Positions 7,313-17,571 of a stretch of 40,989 bases of DNA are shown piece by piece (the first letter of the stretch is position 1; each line of letters opens with the position of its first letter). Origin of the DNA: a virus. Lineage: Duplodnaviria; Caudoviricetes. A program made the position numbers and the translations under genes. The notes under the pieces are model-generated. The model worked only from the letters and a program-made list of their open reading frames with translations. It did no database searches and was not told the DNA's origin. Location: positions 1 to 40,989 of the IMG/VR virus record IMGVR_UViG_3300032295_001980, one strand, 5' to 3'.

Positions 7313-8800
7313 ATGAGCGACAAGATCAACCGCGTCCAGCTTCTCAACGACGCGAAGCTTCAGCTTTCGCCGTGGACCACCGAAGACGGACGCCTGTTCC
7401 TCGACTACACCGAAGCCGGCATCCGCCGCACCCTGTCCATCGCGCCCGCCGGCCACTGCGACTTCCGTGGCTGGTTCTCCGCATTTTGCGTGGACACCGC
7501 CGGTCACCTTCCCAATGGCGACCTGTTCGCTGCGGCCCAGACCTACTTCTCCCATTGGGTACGCTCCAAGGGCCAGAAGGTCAAGGACTACATCCGCGTC
7601 GGCGGCAAGCTGGGCGACCTGTACCTCGACATCGGCAACGATGCCAACGACGCATGGCACATCAGTGCCAATGGCATAACTCGCGTCCCGGGCGGCCCTA
7701 CTCACATCCGCATGCTTCGCGGCGCCGGCATGCTGCCCCTCGTCGAGCCCGACCTCTCGGTGCCGGCCTCCGAGTTCCCGCGCCTCCTGAAGCAGTTCGT
7801 GGCCGCTGATGACGACACCCTCATGCTCCTCGTCGCATGGCTGCTGGGCTGCCTGCGCCCCGAGGGTCCCTATCCCGTCCTCACCATCTCCGGCGAGCAG
7901 GGCTCTGGCAAGTCCACCATCCTGCGCTTGATGCGCCGGATCATCGACCCGCACGCCCTCGACATGCGTACCCCGCCCGAAGACCAACGCGACTTGCAAG
8001 CCATGGTTCGCAACTCCTTCGTCCTCGCCTTCGACAACGTCTCTCACATCACCAACAAGATGTCCGACGCGCTGTGCGTCATCAGCACCGGCACCGGAGC
8101 CCAAGGCGGCCGAGCCCTCTACACCAATGCCGAGGAGTCCGCAGTCCGCGTCTGCCGGCCCGTTGCCATGAACGGCATCCCTGACGTCGTCGAACGTGGT
8201 GACCTTGTGGACCGCTCCATCCACGTGCATCTGCCCCGCATCGATCCCAAGTTCCGCCGGGACGACAGCGAGTTTTGGGACGCCTTCCACGCCAACCACT
8301 CTAAGCTGCTGGGCTCCCTCATGAATGCCGCGTTGATTGCTACGCAGAACTATGGTAATGTGGTGTTGGCCGAAAAGCCCCGCATGTCTGCCTTCGCCGT
8401 ATGGGCCGTCGCTGCCGAGAAGTCTTTTGGGTGGCCGGAGGGTCGTCTCATGGAGGTCTACAAGCGGAACCGCTCGGCTGCCGAGAGCCATATGCTTGAA
8501 TTCCACGGTATGGCCTCTGCTATGTTGCGCATGATGGAGAAGCAGAAGGAGTTCTCTGGAACCTATTCGGACCTGATCGGCCAGTTGGAAATGAACATCG
8601 GCCCCCGCGAAAAGCTGCCGCAGACCTCTCACAGCTTTGCTGCGGAACTCCGGCGCATTCGCCCTGCTCTCGAACGTCACGGCCTTCGCTTCTATAGTGC
8701 CGGGCGTTCCAGCAGCGTGACGCAGAAGGGTCGGTCCCGCATTTCCATCGTCCGCGTCGACGAGGAGGATACAGCCGCGCATGAGCAAAAAGAAGCCTGA
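7313..8800 (+). CDS. P-loop ATPase, SF3/primase-associated helicase-like
   Basis: Walker A GEQGSGKS, Walker B-like LAFDNV, motif C-like AMNGI, and DLVDRS arginine finger. Confidence 0.75.
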   Translation: MSDKINRVQLLNDAKLQLSPWTTEDGRLFLDYTEAGIRRTLSIAPAGHCDFRGWFSAFCVDTAGHLPNGDLFAAAQTYFSHWVRSKGQKVKDYIRVGGKLGDLYLDIGNDANDAWHISANGITRVPGGPTHIRMLRGAGMLPLVEPDLSVPASEFPRLLKQFVAADDDTLMLLVAWLLGCLRPEGPYPVLTISGEQGSGKSTILRLMRRIIDPHALDMRTPPEDQRDLQAMVRNSFVLAFDNVSHITNKMSDALCVISTGTGAQGGRALYTNAEESAVRVCRPVAMNGIPDVVERGDLVDRSIHVHLPRIDPKFRRDDSEFWDAFHANHSKLLGSLMNAALIATQNYGNVVLAEKPRMSAFAVWAVAAEKSFGWPEGRLMEVYKRNRSAAESHMLEFHGMASAMLRMMEKQKEFSGTYSDLIGQLEMNIGPREKLPQTSHSFAAELRRIRPALERHGLRFYSAGRSSSVTQKGRSRISIVRVDEEDTAAHEQKEA

Positions 8801-9509
8801 CGAGCCCTACGTTCCCGTAGTTTCGACGAAGCCCAAGCCGGACCACCTTGTGCGAAAGGAGAAGGCTGATCGTGAACGCAGGCCCAACCGCCTCTCGCAA
8901 GGCATGCGGCAACGGCAGTACCGTCGCGAGCTACGGGAACTCAACATCCACCAGCCCAAGCGAGCCGTCACCAAGCAGCACGTCGAGGCGATCCGTTCCA
9001 TCAAGGACCAACTCCGCGAAACGTGGCACGCGCATTGGGACAAGGTAGAACGCTTCAAGAACCTGACCCCGAAGCAGGTCGAGTTCGCTCGCCAGTACGC
9101 TATCAACGGCCGGACCAACAAGTGCGGTGCGGCCCGTCTCGCCGGCTACGACACCAACAATTACAACATCCTGCTTCGCATCGCCAACAAGAACTTGGCC
9201 CTTCCGCACTTCCACGATCTAGTGACCGCATTCGAAATCGAGGAGAAAGCCCGCATGAAAATCAACATCGAAGACGTCGTCAAGTGGTTCAACGACATTG
9301 CCACGGCAGCCATGCAGACTGGCGACTTCACCAACGCCAACCGTGCCATGGAGAACCTTGCCAAGTATCTGGGCATGTTCGTGGACAAGAAGGAAATCAC
9401 CCACCGCACCGTCCACTCCAAGGAGGAACTGGACACGCGGATCGGGGAACTGACTGCCATCCTGCGTGAAGCCGAGCCGGACCTTGAGCGCAAACTCCGC
9501 ATCAACTAA
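8781..9509 (+). CDS. terS: Terminase small subunit
   Basis: LTPKQ.EF...Y....N...AARLAGY HTH and A.E.LAKYLGMF; lies directly upstream of TerL. Confidence 0.85.
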   Translation: MSKKKPDEPYVPVVSTKPKPDHLVRKEKADRERRPNRLSQGMRQRQYRRELRELNIHQPKRAVTKQHVEAIRSIKDQLRETWHAHWDKVERFKNLTPKQVEFARQYAINGRTNKCGAARLAGYDTNNYNILLRIANKNLALPHFHDLVTAFEIEEKARMKINIEDVVKWFNDIATAAMQTGDFTNANRAMENLAKYLGMFVDKKEITHRTVHSKEELDTRIGELTAILREAEPDLERKLRIN

Positions 9510-11040
9510 CAAGGACGCTCTCCTCCAACTCAAAGCGGAGCTAGCAGAGGCCCTTCACCAGAAGGCCATCATCGAGGCGCGAGACCGTTTCTACGTCTTC
9601 GTCAAGCTGTTAGCCCCGCTTATGTTGGACGGTAACGACTACCGCGACGGGCGCCACATCGAGACTATTGCCGCTACCCTCGAAGACGTTGACGAGGGCT
9701 CAGTCGCCCGTCTCATGCTGGCCCTGCCGCCAGGTTCCATGAAGTCCGTCCTCCTCATGCTGTTCGCCGCGTGGTCCTTCGGCCGCAACCCCACATGGCG
9801 TATCATGTGGATTTCGCACACCACCGACAAAGCTGTCGAGTGTTCGAGCCGCATCCGCGACCTCGTCCGCTCCCCCGAGTACCTCGAAATCTTTCCGGGC
9901 GTCCAGATCCGCGACGACATGTCCGGCGTCACTGGCTGGAAGCTGACCTCCGGCGGTTCCTTCCTCCCGGCCGGCGCGGGCAAGTCCATCGCCGGTTACC
10001 GCTTCAACTTGGGCATTCTCGATGACCCCCTCTCGGAACAGACTGCCAAGTCCGACACCGAGCGCGAGCGCGTCAACAACTGGTATGGTCCCGGCTTCCG
10101 CTCTCGTAAGCTGCCCGACTCCCGGATTATCTTGGTCAACACGCGCTGGCATGTCCGCGACCTTTCGGGCTTCCTGCTCGACAAGGCTGCCCGTAACGCC
10201 AAGGTCGACCAGTGGGAAGTCATATCCATTCCGGCCATCCTCGACAAGCCAGCAGCCGACTACCTGATGCTGCCCGAGGGCACGTCCTACTGGCCCGAAT
10301 ACATCACCATGGAGGACCTGACCGCCACCCGGGAGAGCCTTGCCCGCTCTGACTGGGGCGCCCTCTACATGCAGACCCCGGTCGGGGACGACGGCAACGT
10401 CTTTACGAAGGACGACTTTCAGGACTGGGACGAAGACGACCCGCCCGAGTGCGACGAGATCATCCAGACCCTCGACACGGCCTTCTCCACTAAGGCCACG
10501 GCCGACTACTCCGTGATCCAGACTTGGGGCATCTTCCACCTCACCTACACGGACGACCAGGGCTACGAGTATCAGGAGCCCAACGCCATCCTCCTGAACC
10601 AAGTCCGGGGCCGGTGGACATTCCCCCAACTCCGCACCATTGCCAAAGAGCAACATGACCTCTTCAGGCCGGACAAGATGGTAATCGAGAACAAGGCTTC
10701 CGGCCAGTCCCTCATACAGGACTTGAAGCTTAACAAGCTGCCGGTATTGCCTTTCCAGCCTGATCGTGATAAGCTAGCCCGCGCTCATGCAGTTACAGGC
10801 ATTATCGAGCGGCAGCGCGTTTGGATACCTCTCAAGAAGAAGTACGCCGCCGAACTGCTGCAAGAGGCTTTGGAATTCCCCAAGGGCGCCCATGACGACT
10901 CGGTCGACGCCATGGTCATGGCGCTCCTCTACTTGCGTCGTCGTTATGAACTGACCCAAGAGACCGTCAGCAAGCCTGACCGCGCCAGCCGGCGCAAGCC
11001 CTTCCGTAGCTACTGGAGCCAAGTGACCAATGTCCGATAA
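9466..11040 (+). CDS. terL: Terminase large subunit (start uncertain)
   Basis: Walker A PPGSMKS, Walker B ILDDP, TRWH..DL.G, LYMQ.P, and nuclease motifs DTA, DYS, IE.KASG, FP.G.HDD.VDA. Confidence 0.95.
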   Translation: MKPSRTLSANSASTNKDALLQLKAELAEALHQKAIIEARDRFYVFVKLLAPLMLDGNDYRDGRHIETIAATLEDVDEGSVARLMLALPPGSMKSVLLMLFAAWSFGRNPTWRIMWISHTTDKAVECSSRIRDLVRSPEYLEIFPGVQIRDDMSGVTGWKLTSGGSFLPAGAGKSIAGYRFNLGILDDPLSEQTAKSDTERERVNNWYGPGFRSRKLPDSRIILVNTRWHVRDLSGFLLDKAARNAKVDQWEVISIPAILDKPAADYLMLPEGTSYWPEYITMEDLTATRESLARSDWGALYMQTPVGDDGNVFTKDDFQDWDEDDPPECDEIIQTLDTAFSTKATADYSVIQTWGIFHLTYTDDQGYEYQEPNAILLNQVRGRWTFPQLRTIAKEQHDLFRPDKMVIENKASGQSLIQDLKLNKLPVLPFQPDRDKLARAHAVTGIIERQRVWIPLKKKYAAELLQEALEFPKGAHDDSVDAMVMALLYLRRRYELTQETVSKPDRASRRKPFRSYWSQVTNVR

Positions 11041-13375
11041 CCCGATCCTCGCCGACGACAGCCCCGAACTCGAATTCGAGTTCTCGGAGGAAACCCTGCT
11101 TGTCATTCCCGACGAGGAAGTGATCGAGGTCGACATGTCCTTCGGGGCCAACCTTGTCCCTATGCTGGACCAAGCCATTGTCGACGACATTGGCTCCGCC
11201 CGTCAGGACGTCCATACCTCCTTCAAGAACTCCCGTCAACAGTGGGAAGAGAAGATCAAGAAGGGCATCCAGTGGCTTGGCCTGAACACCGAGGGCGAGG
11301 GCAACACTGAGGTCGACGGGGCCTGCACCGCAGTCCACCCACTCCTGATCGAGAACGTGGTCAAGTTTCAAGCCAAGGCCATCCAAGAACTCTGGCCGGC
11401 GCGCGGCCCTGTCCGTACCCGCATCCTTGGTTACACCGACCCGACCCGCGAACAGTCTGCTGCCCGCGTCAAGTCCTACATGAACCACCAACTCGTGGAT
11501 CAGGTGGCCGGCTTCTACTCCGATCTGGAGCGCAACCTGTTCCGCGTCGGCTTCATGGGCGTCGGCATCCGCAAGGCTGGCTGGAACGCCACCACTGGCA
11601 CGCCTGACCCGGCCGTCGTTTACGCTGAAAACTTCTATATCGATCCGGCCGCAACCCACCTCAAGGACGCCGAAGAGTACATCGAGGTGATGGAACTCTC
11701 GCCCCGCAAGATGAAGAACCTTGTGGACAGCGGGATCTTCATCAAGCCAGACGAGAACGACTCCGAAGAAACCCTTGAGCCCAACGAGATCACCGAGGCC
11801 ATCGCCCGTGCCCAAGGCTTCGACCTGTCTCTGGAGCGCAAGGGCTTCACGGTCGGCGAGGCCCACTGCTACCTCGACCTTGAAGGTGCTGATCCCTTCC
11901 TGCCCGGGGGCGGCTCCGCTCCCTACATCGTCCACTTCAACACCAAGACGGGCAACGTCTACTCCATCAAGCGCAACTGGCGTGAAGGCGATGCCGCCCT
12001 TCAGAAGCGCATCTGGTACACGGTCGACCACTGCATCCCGGCCTTCGGCTTCTGGTCCCTTGGTTACGTCCACCTGATCGGCGACCTCGCCGCTTCCGCT
12101 ACCGTGGCCCTGCGCTCGCTGGTCGATGCAGGCCAGTTCGCTAACTGGCAGGCAGGCTTCAAGTCCCAAGATGCCAAGTTCTCCGACAGCGACACTCCGC
12201 TTGGATTCGGCGAATGGCGCGACGTGAACTTGTCGCCCGAGGAACTGAAGAACGCGTTCGTGCCGCTGCCGGCCAAGGAACCTTCGCAGACCCTGTTCAC
12301 GCTGCTCAAGTTCATGGTGGACAGTGGCCAGAAGTTCGCCGACGCTGCCGACGAGGTGGTGGCCGGCGCCTCCAACTACGGCCCCGTCGCTACGACGCTG
12401 GCCCTTCTCGAAACCTCGCAACGCTTCTACTCCTCGATCCACAAGCGTCTCCACCAGTCGCAGGGCGAGTTCCTCAAGCTGATCGGGGAACTGAACTTTG
12501 AGAACCTGCCGGACGTTGTCAACTTCGTCGTCAACTCCGAAAACCAGTTCGTTCGGCGCACGGACTTCGATCCGTCCATCGTCGATGTGCTGCCGGCTTC
12601 CGACCCCAACGCCATGACGGAGTCGCAGCGCGTCGCCCGCGCACAGGTCGAACTGGAGATGGCTGCTCGCTTCCCGCAACTCCACGACATGCGCGAGGCA
12701 CTGCGCCGCTTCTACTATGCGATGGGCACTGAGAACATCGACAAGCTGTTGGTTGACCCGGCTGCCAATGCCATCAGTGCCGATCCGCTGACCGAAATCC
12801 AAGCTGCCATGAGCGGCAAGCCCATCAAGGCGCAACTGGGCCAGAACCACGCTGCGCACATTGCGGTGAAGGAAGCCTTCCTCAAGTCGCCTCAGATGCA
12901 GGGCACCAACGATCCGACGGTCGCCGTTGGCCTCCAGCTTCTGAACTCGAACATCGCCGAACACAAGGTCCTGATCTTTGTGGCACAGGCGGCGCTTCTG
13001 GCCCAGCAGATGGGCATGCCCATCGAGGACCCGAACGTGCAGGCTCAGATTGCCACTCAGATGCTGATGATGTCGGCGGCCTCTGGTATGGGCGGTGCAG
13101 GCCCCTCCGTCGAACAGCAGATGGTTCAACTGAATCAGCAGGAACTTCAGCTTTCGGCGGCCCGTATTCAGTCGCAGGATGTTCGCGAGGCAGCCAAGAT
13201 TGCCCTCAAGAACCGCGAACTGGATCTGAAGGAAGCCTCCATGCTGCTCGACTCGGAGGACAAGAACAAGAAGAACCAGATCGCAGCTTCTGGGAAAATA
13301 CTTGATAGTTCGGCCAAACTAGCGGATCTTCAAGCTGCGACCCTCGCTCAAAGGGCTAATACAGGAACCGTATGA
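11030..13375 (+). CDS. Portal protein
   Basis: 781 aa directly after TerL; HPLL.E.VV.FQA....EL.PA.GPV and PV.TT.ALLE patterns; Q-rich helical C-terminus. Confidence 0.85.
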   Translation: MSDNPILADDSPELEFEFSEETLLVIPDEEVIEVDMSFGANLVPMLDQAIVDDIGSARQDVHTSFKNSRQQWEEKIKKGIQWLGLNTEGEGNTEVDGACTAVHPLLIENVVKFQAKAIQELWPARGPVRTRILGYTDPTREQSAARVKSYMNHQLVDQVAGFYSDLERNLFRVGFMGVGIRKAGWNATTGTPDPAVVYAENFYIDPAATHLKDAEEYIEVMELSPRKMKNLVDSGIFIKPDENDSEETLEPNEITEAIARAQGFDLSLERKGFTVGEAHCYLDLEGADPFLPGGGSAPYIVHFNTKTGNVYSIKRNWREGDAALQKRIWYTVDHCIPAFGFWSLGYVHLIGDLAASATVALRSLVDAGQFANWQAGFKSQDAKFSDSDTPLGFGEWRDVNLSPEELKNAFVPLPAKEPSQTLFTLLKFMVDSGQKFADAADEVVAGASNYGPVATTLALLETSQRFYSSIHKRLHQSQGEFLKLIGELNFENLPDVVNFVVNSENQFVRRTDFDPSIVDVLPASDPNAMTESQRVARAQVELEMAARFPQLHDMREALRRFYYAMGTENIDKLLVDPAANAISADPLTEIQAAMSGKPIKAQLGQNHAAHIAVKEAFLKSPQMQGTNDPTVAVGLQLLNSNIAEHKVLIFVAQAALLAQQMGMPIEDPNVQAQIATQMLMMSAASGMGGAGPSVEQQMVQLNQQELQLSAARIQSQDVREAAKIALKNRELDLKEASMLLDSEDKNKKNQIAASGKILDSSAKLADLQAATLAQRANTGTV

Positions 13376-13563
13376 GACTACTCTCTGAGTACGTAGCAGA
13401 AGTTCAGAAGCGTGTCGACCGGGAGAAGGATGCCTTAGCCCGGGGTGCCGCCAAGTCCTACGACGAATATGCGAGGGCTTGCGGCACCATACACGGTTTG
13501 GGTCTTGCCGTGACTATCCTCAAAGACCTCTTCGAACAAACTCCTATAGAAGAAAGGGACTGA
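13372..13563 (+). CDS. Small conserved helical phage protein
   Basis: ATGA and TGATG coupling on either side; G...SY.EY...G...GL pattern. Confidence 0.7.
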   Translation: MRLLSEYVAEVQKRVDREKDALARGAAKSYDEYARACGTIHGLGLAVTILKDLFEQTPIEERD

Positions 13564-13979
13564 TGATTACCGCTCGCGCGCCCATGGATGGGGCGATTAC
13601 CAACGACCAGTGGGTTTCCCAGGACGATATTCCTGATCCGAGCCCGCTGCCTAGGATTCCCGGCGTGGGGATTCTTGTCCGGCCCGTGCCAATTCGGCGC
13701 AAATCTGCTGGCGGAATCCTGCTTCCTGACACGTTCCGAGAAGACCGGGAATACCTCAACACGGTAGGCCGCGTTCTCGCCCTTGGCGAACTGGCATTCA
13801 TCGACGAAGACATCTACCGGAATGGCCCGTGGGTCAAGCCCGGTGACTACATCGTCTACGCCAAGTTCGCCGGCCAGAAAATCTGGTGGAAGGGCGTGAA
13901 GCTCCTTTTGGTCAAGGCGTCCTCCATCGAACTCGTGGTCGACAAGCCCGAGTACCTCGACGCCAATTTCAAGGAATAA
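13563..13979 (+). CDS. groES: GroES-like co-chaperonin
   Basis: ILVRP...KSAGGILLP...G.VLALG...VKPGD.IVY.KFAG. Start moved to ATG 13563 (TGATG overlap). Confidence 0.85.
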   Translation: MITARAPMDGAITNDQWVSQDDIPDPSPLPRIPGVGILVRPVPIRRKSAGGILLPDTFREDREYLNTVGRVLALGELAFIDEDIYRNGPWVKPGDYIVYAKFAGQKIWWKGVKLLLVKASSIELVVDKPEYLDANFKE

Positions 13980-13985
13980 ACTCCC

Positions 13986-14993
13986 ATGAGTGAAGGTGGC
14001 TACAAGGAACTTGACTTGGACAACCCAGGCAAGGCTTCCGATTCCGATACCGCTTCTGACATCGAGATCGTTCACGAGGGCCTCGAAACGCCTGAGACCG
14101 AGATCGTAGAGGAGCCGGCCCCGTCCGTCAAGGCCAAGGCTCCCGAGCCCGAACCAGAAGACGAAGATGACGATGTCACGGTCGAAGCCCCCTCTGGCGA
14201 ACGCTCTAAGAAGCTGACCCGGAGCCAACGGCTCAAGGCCCAACGAGACGCTTATGCCCGACAACTGGCAGACGCGCAAGCCCAACTTGCTGAAGCCCAG
14301 ACGCGGGCCAAGAAGTTCGAACAGGACGCCAACGACGGCGCCGCTATCGGCTTCGACCTATACGCCAAGAGCATCGACGCTTCCATCCAAGCCCTGCGCC
14401 GCGACTTCGACGCAGCTTTCGATGCTGGTGACCGCGAGAAGATCTTCGAGGTCCAGCAGAAGATGGCGACCCTCGCTGCCGAAAAACAGCAGATCGAAAG
14501 GGACCGCCGCTCCATCCCTACGAAGCCGACTCAGCAATCTGGGTCGGACACCCCGCAGCAGACCGCGCCGACACAGCCTAGCCAGCCGGCCCGCAAGGCT
14601 CCCTCCCCGGCTGCCGTCGAGTGGTACGAGCGCAACAAGACGTGGTTCAACAAGGACCCCGTGATGACTGCCGGCGCCCGGATCATCGACCAGCAGATGG
14701 TTGCGGACGGCTTTGCGCCTGACGATCCGGACTACTTCGAGGAACTAGACAAGCGCCTTAAGTCCGAGTTTCCGGCCAAGCTGGGCGTCAAGGCCCGCCA
14801 GCCTGCCACCAATCCGACCATCCAGAACCGGTCGGCTCCTACCGCTACCCCGGGCAAAATCCGGGTCACCATCACCCAAGCTGACCGCGACATGGCCAAC
14901 CACCTCGGCATCAGCGTGGAGGACTACGCACGTGAAAAGGCCCGTGCCGAGCGTGCTGCCCAGACCACCAGCCAGTATACGGAGATTCTGTAA
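13986..14993 (+). CDS. Capsid scaffolding protein
   Basis: Acidic N-terminus, coiled coil, W..RN.WF and Y..ELD.R motifs; lies between portal and capsid genes. Confidence 0.7.
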   Translation: MSEGGYKELDLDNPGKASDSDTASDIEIVHEGLETPETEIVEEPAPSVKAKAPEPEPEDEDDDVTVEAPSGERSKKLTRSQRLKAQRDAYARQLADAQAQLAEAQTRAKKFEQDANDGAAIGFDLYAKSIDASIQALRRDFDAAFDAGDREKIFEVQQKMATLAAEKQQIERDRRSIPTKPTQQSGSDTPQQTAPTQPSQPARKAPSPAAVEWYERNKTWFNKDPVMTAGARIIDQQMVADGFAPDDPDYFEELDKRLKSEFPAKLGVKARQPATNPTIQNRSAPTATPGKIRVTITQADRDMANHLGISVEDYAREKARAERAAQTTSQYTEIL

Positions 14994-15481
14994 TGCCTGC
15001 CAAGCGCAACCTCGCCAGCAACGCTGTCGACGAGCCTCTTGAAAATTCCTTGGAATCAGAGTATAATCCACCTAATGCGCTAGAAATCCCTCCCATGCCT
15101 GACGACGACCAGTACGCTTATCGCTGGGTTCGGTTTAGGAATGGGGATCAGGACGACTTCAATAACATTTCGCAGCGCATGCGAGAAGGGTGGGCATTCG
15201 TCCTGCTGGAAGAAGTTCCGGCCGGTTACGTTTTCCCCGGGCTCGAAAGTAAGATTTCCGCACTGGCGGGCGCTGCCATCAACGGCGACCTTGTTCTTGC
15301 GAAGCTGCCTCGACGTAAGGCGGAAGCCATCCAGAAGTGGGCCGAAGACCGGTCCATTCAAGCGGAGCAGGCTTTCGATATGAAGACGGTGAGCTACGAC
15401 GACAGTACAGGCCGGCAGCAGCGGTTTGCCAACGAAAGTACCAAACGCTTTTCCCGGGGGCGACGTCCCTCATTCGGATAA
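14993..15481 (+). CDS. Conserved head-module protein
   Basis: TAATG coupling; PP..L...YRWVR...REGW..V...LVLAK.P pattern. Confidence 0.7.
   Translation: MPAKRNLASNAVDEPLENSLESEYNPPNALEIPPMPDDDQYAYRWVRFRNGDQDDFNNISQRMREGWAFVLLEEVPAGYVFPGLESKISALAGAAINGDLVLAKLPRRKAEAIQKWAEDRSIQAEQAFDMKTVSYDDSTGRQQRFANESTKRFSRGRRPSFG
15039..15067 (+). promoter_or_regulatory. Intragenic sigma70-type promoter TTGAAA-N17-TATAAT
   Basis: 11/12 consensus with a 17-nt spacer in an AT-rich patch upstream of the capsid genes. Confidence 0.7.
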
Positions 15482-15499
15482 CAAACATAGGAGGATAAG

Positions 15500-16090
15500 G
15501 TGCCGCAGTCTTTCGCACCGTTCGGTCTCCGCGCCATTGCTGCCCTCGGCACGCATGGCAACGAAGTCCGCGCTTATCCGCTTCCCAACGGCTCCGCGTG
15601 CCCCGACCTCGGTAAGGGCTCTCCGGTCAAGCTGTCGGGTGGCGTTATTACTTCGGCTGGCACGGGTAGCGGTCCGCTGCTCGGTGTGGCGGCTGGCTTC
15701 GCGTGGATCGACCCCACGACCAAGCAGCCCCAGCTTAAGAACTCGATCCCGGCCGACACGTCCTCGGCTGGCCTGTACGACGGTTCCGACCGTCCGACGG
15801 CCTACATCGTGGACAACCCGTTCGCGCTGTTCCTGATCCAGGCTGATGCCTCCGTTACGGCGGGCGACCTGGGCCTGAACTTCGATGTGACGGCGTCTGG
15901 CGGCGATGTCAACTCGGTGTACGGCACGTCGCAGTACACTCTGGACGCTTCCACCCGCACCTCTGCCATCAACACGGCGGTGAAGCTTGTGGGTCTGGCC
16001 AACATTCCCGACAACAACTGGGGCGATCCGTTCCCGGTGCTGGTTGTCAAGCTGAATGGCCCGATCCTCCAGGCTGTGTCTGCGGCTTAA
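15500..16090 (+). CDS. Putative capsid decoration/minor head protein
   Basis: APFGLR...G.PV...LLGV..G...V.DNP...F.IQAD pattern; AGGAGG RBS; immediately before the major capsid gene. Confidence 0.65.
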   Translation: MPQSFAPFGLRAIAALGTHGNEVRAYPLPNGSACPDLGKGSPVKLSGGVITSAGTGSGPLLGVAAGFAWIDPTTKQPQLKNSIPADTSSAGLYDGSDRPTAYIVDNPFALFLIQADASVTAGDLGLNFDVTASGGDVNSVYGTSQYTLDASTRTSAINTAVKLVGLANIPDNNWGDPFPVLVVKLNGPILQAVSAA

Positions 16091-16106
16091 TAGGGGGATA
16101 TAAGAA

Positions 16107-17021
16107 ATGACTATTCTGACTCGCGCGCAATTTGCGAAGCAGCTTATCCCCGGCCTCAATGCTATCTTCGGCGTTGCTTACAAGAGCATCGACAACGAGC
16201 ATACCCCGCTTTTCGACGTTGAGAAGTCGGATCGCTCGTTCGAAGAAGAAGTGCTGATGACGGGCTTCGGTACGGCCCCGGTCAAGTCGGAAGGCGATCA
16301 GGTGTTCTTCGACACCGCGTCGGAAGCTTGGACGAGCCGCTACACCCACGAGACCGTTGCGATGGCGTTCGCCATCACGGAAGAGGCCATCGAGGACAAC
16401 CTTTATGGTACGACCGGCAAGATGAAGGCGAATGCCATGGGCCGCGCGATGGCGAATGCCAAGCAGGTCAAGGCCGCCAACGTCTTCAACAACGGCTTCT
16501 CCACCAGCTCGCTCTACGCTGGCGGTGACGGCAAGCCCCTGTTTGCGACTGACCACCCGACGCTCGCGGCGGGCAACCAGTCCAACCGGGTCAGCACCGA
16601 CCTGTCCGAAACGGCTCTTGAGGCTGCGCTGATTAACATCGGCCTGACCAAGGACGACCGTGGCCTGCTGATCGGCGCTCGCGCCGTTAGCCTCCACATC
16701 GCGCCGCAGAACCAGTTCGTTGCGCACCGCATTCTGTTCTCGGATCTCCGAGTCGGCACTGCGGACAACGACACGAACGCCATGAAGGACATGGGCCTGT
16801 TCTCCCGTGGTTACACTGTTAACCATCGGTTTACGGACCCGAACGCTTGGTTCATCCGCACGGATGTGCCGAACGGCACCAAGATGTTTGTGCGTGCCCC
16901 GCTCGCCACGAAGGACGATGTGGACTTCCTGACGGGCAACATGCGCTACAAGGCCCGTGAGCGTTACAGCTTCGGCTGGTCCGACTGGCGTCAGTGGTAC
17001 GGTTCGTCTGGTTCCACCTAA
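16107..17021 (+). CDS. Major capsid protein (HK97 fold)
   Basis: RAQ..K.L.PGLNA.FG..Y, SDRSFEEEV...GFG.AP.K.EG, Y.HET.A.AF.ITEEAIEDNLY, DF.TGN.RYKARERYSFGWSD.R; followed by a terminator. Confidence 0.92.
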   Translation: MTILTRAQFAKQLIPGLNAIFGVAYKSIDNEHTPLFDVEKSDRSFEEEVLMTGFGTAPVKSEGDQVFFDTASEAWTSRYTHETVAMAFAITEEAIEDNLYGTTGKMKANAMGRAMANAKQVKAANVFNNGFSTSSLYAGGDGKPLFATDHPTLAAGNQSNRVSTDLSETALEAALINIGLTKDDRGLLIGARAVSLHIAPQNQFVAHRILFSDLRVGTADNDTNAMKDMGLFSRGYTVNHRFTDPNAWFIRTDVPNGTKMFVRAPLATKDDVDFLTGNMRYKARERYSFGWSDWRQWYGSSGST

Positions 17022-17027
17022 TGGATT

Positions 17028-17046
17028 GGGGGCTTCGGCCCCCTTT
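17028..17046 (+). terminator. Intrinsic terminator after the capsid gene
   Basis: GGGGGC-TTCG-GCCCCC-TTT with a cUUCGg loop. The short U tract suggests it is leaky. Confidence 0.75.
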
Positions 17047-17069
17047 CCTCCATCCTTGAGGAGAATCAG

Positions 17070-17513
17070 ATGACTTCCTTCAGCTTCCCGCTTAACATCC
17101 GCAACCATGAGCCGCCGGGCGCCGAGCCCGTCAATCTCGTGGAAGCGCGGGTGCCCGGCCGCTACTCGGTGGTTGTGAACACGGCGAAGACCGGCACTGC
17201 GGCGGCGGCGACTACCATTCCGCTGTTCGTTGCTCCGGCCGGCTCCACGTTCTACGAGTGCGTGCTGGATATCACGACGCCCTTCAACAACGACACCACG
17301 AATATCCGCGTGGGTATTCCGACGTCGACGGGCATCCTGTATGCTGCGACCACTGCTAACACGGCCGGTCGCCGCGCTTACGCTGGTACGGGCGCCCAGG
17401 TTTCGGCCAACGCTATTGCGCTGGCAGCCGACACCACGGTGCAGGCTATCGTGTCCATCGACACGTCGGCGGTCACGGCTGGCTCCGTTATCGTCCACGT
17501 CGTGATTGGCTAA
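17070..17513 (+). CDS. Putative virion structural protein
   Basis: GAGGAG RBS; Ala/Thr/Val beta-rich; follows the major capsid gene. Confidence 0.7.
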   Translation: MTSFSFPLNIRNHEPPGAEPVNLVEARVPGRYSVVVNTAKTGTAAAATTIPLFVAPAGSTFYECVLDITTPFNNDTTNIRVGIPTSTGILYAATTANTAGRRAYAGTGAQVSANAIALAADTTVQAIVSIDTSAVTAGSVIVHVVIG

Positions 17514-17556
17514 CAAGGTACGGCAGGGTCTGCTTCGGCGGGTCCTGCCTTCCTTG
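17514..17556 (+). other. Long intergenic RNA hairpin with UUCG loop
   Basis: CAAGG..GGCAGGGTCTGC-TTCG-GCGGGTCCTGCC..CCTTG. Confidence 0.65.
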
Positions 17557-17571
17557 CCATAGGAGCGCACC

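Noticed and set aside
9715-9750. Atypical TerL Walker A (PPGSMKS)
   Set aside because: It falls within the variation of terminase P-loops, and all other motifs are intact.
7283-13129. Long antisense ORFs (7283-8788, 9700-10656, 10967-13129; likewise 16047-17585, 21052-22800, 29586-31052)
   Set aside because: These are shadow frames of high-GC genes with clear motifs on the other strand, and they have no recognisable domains.
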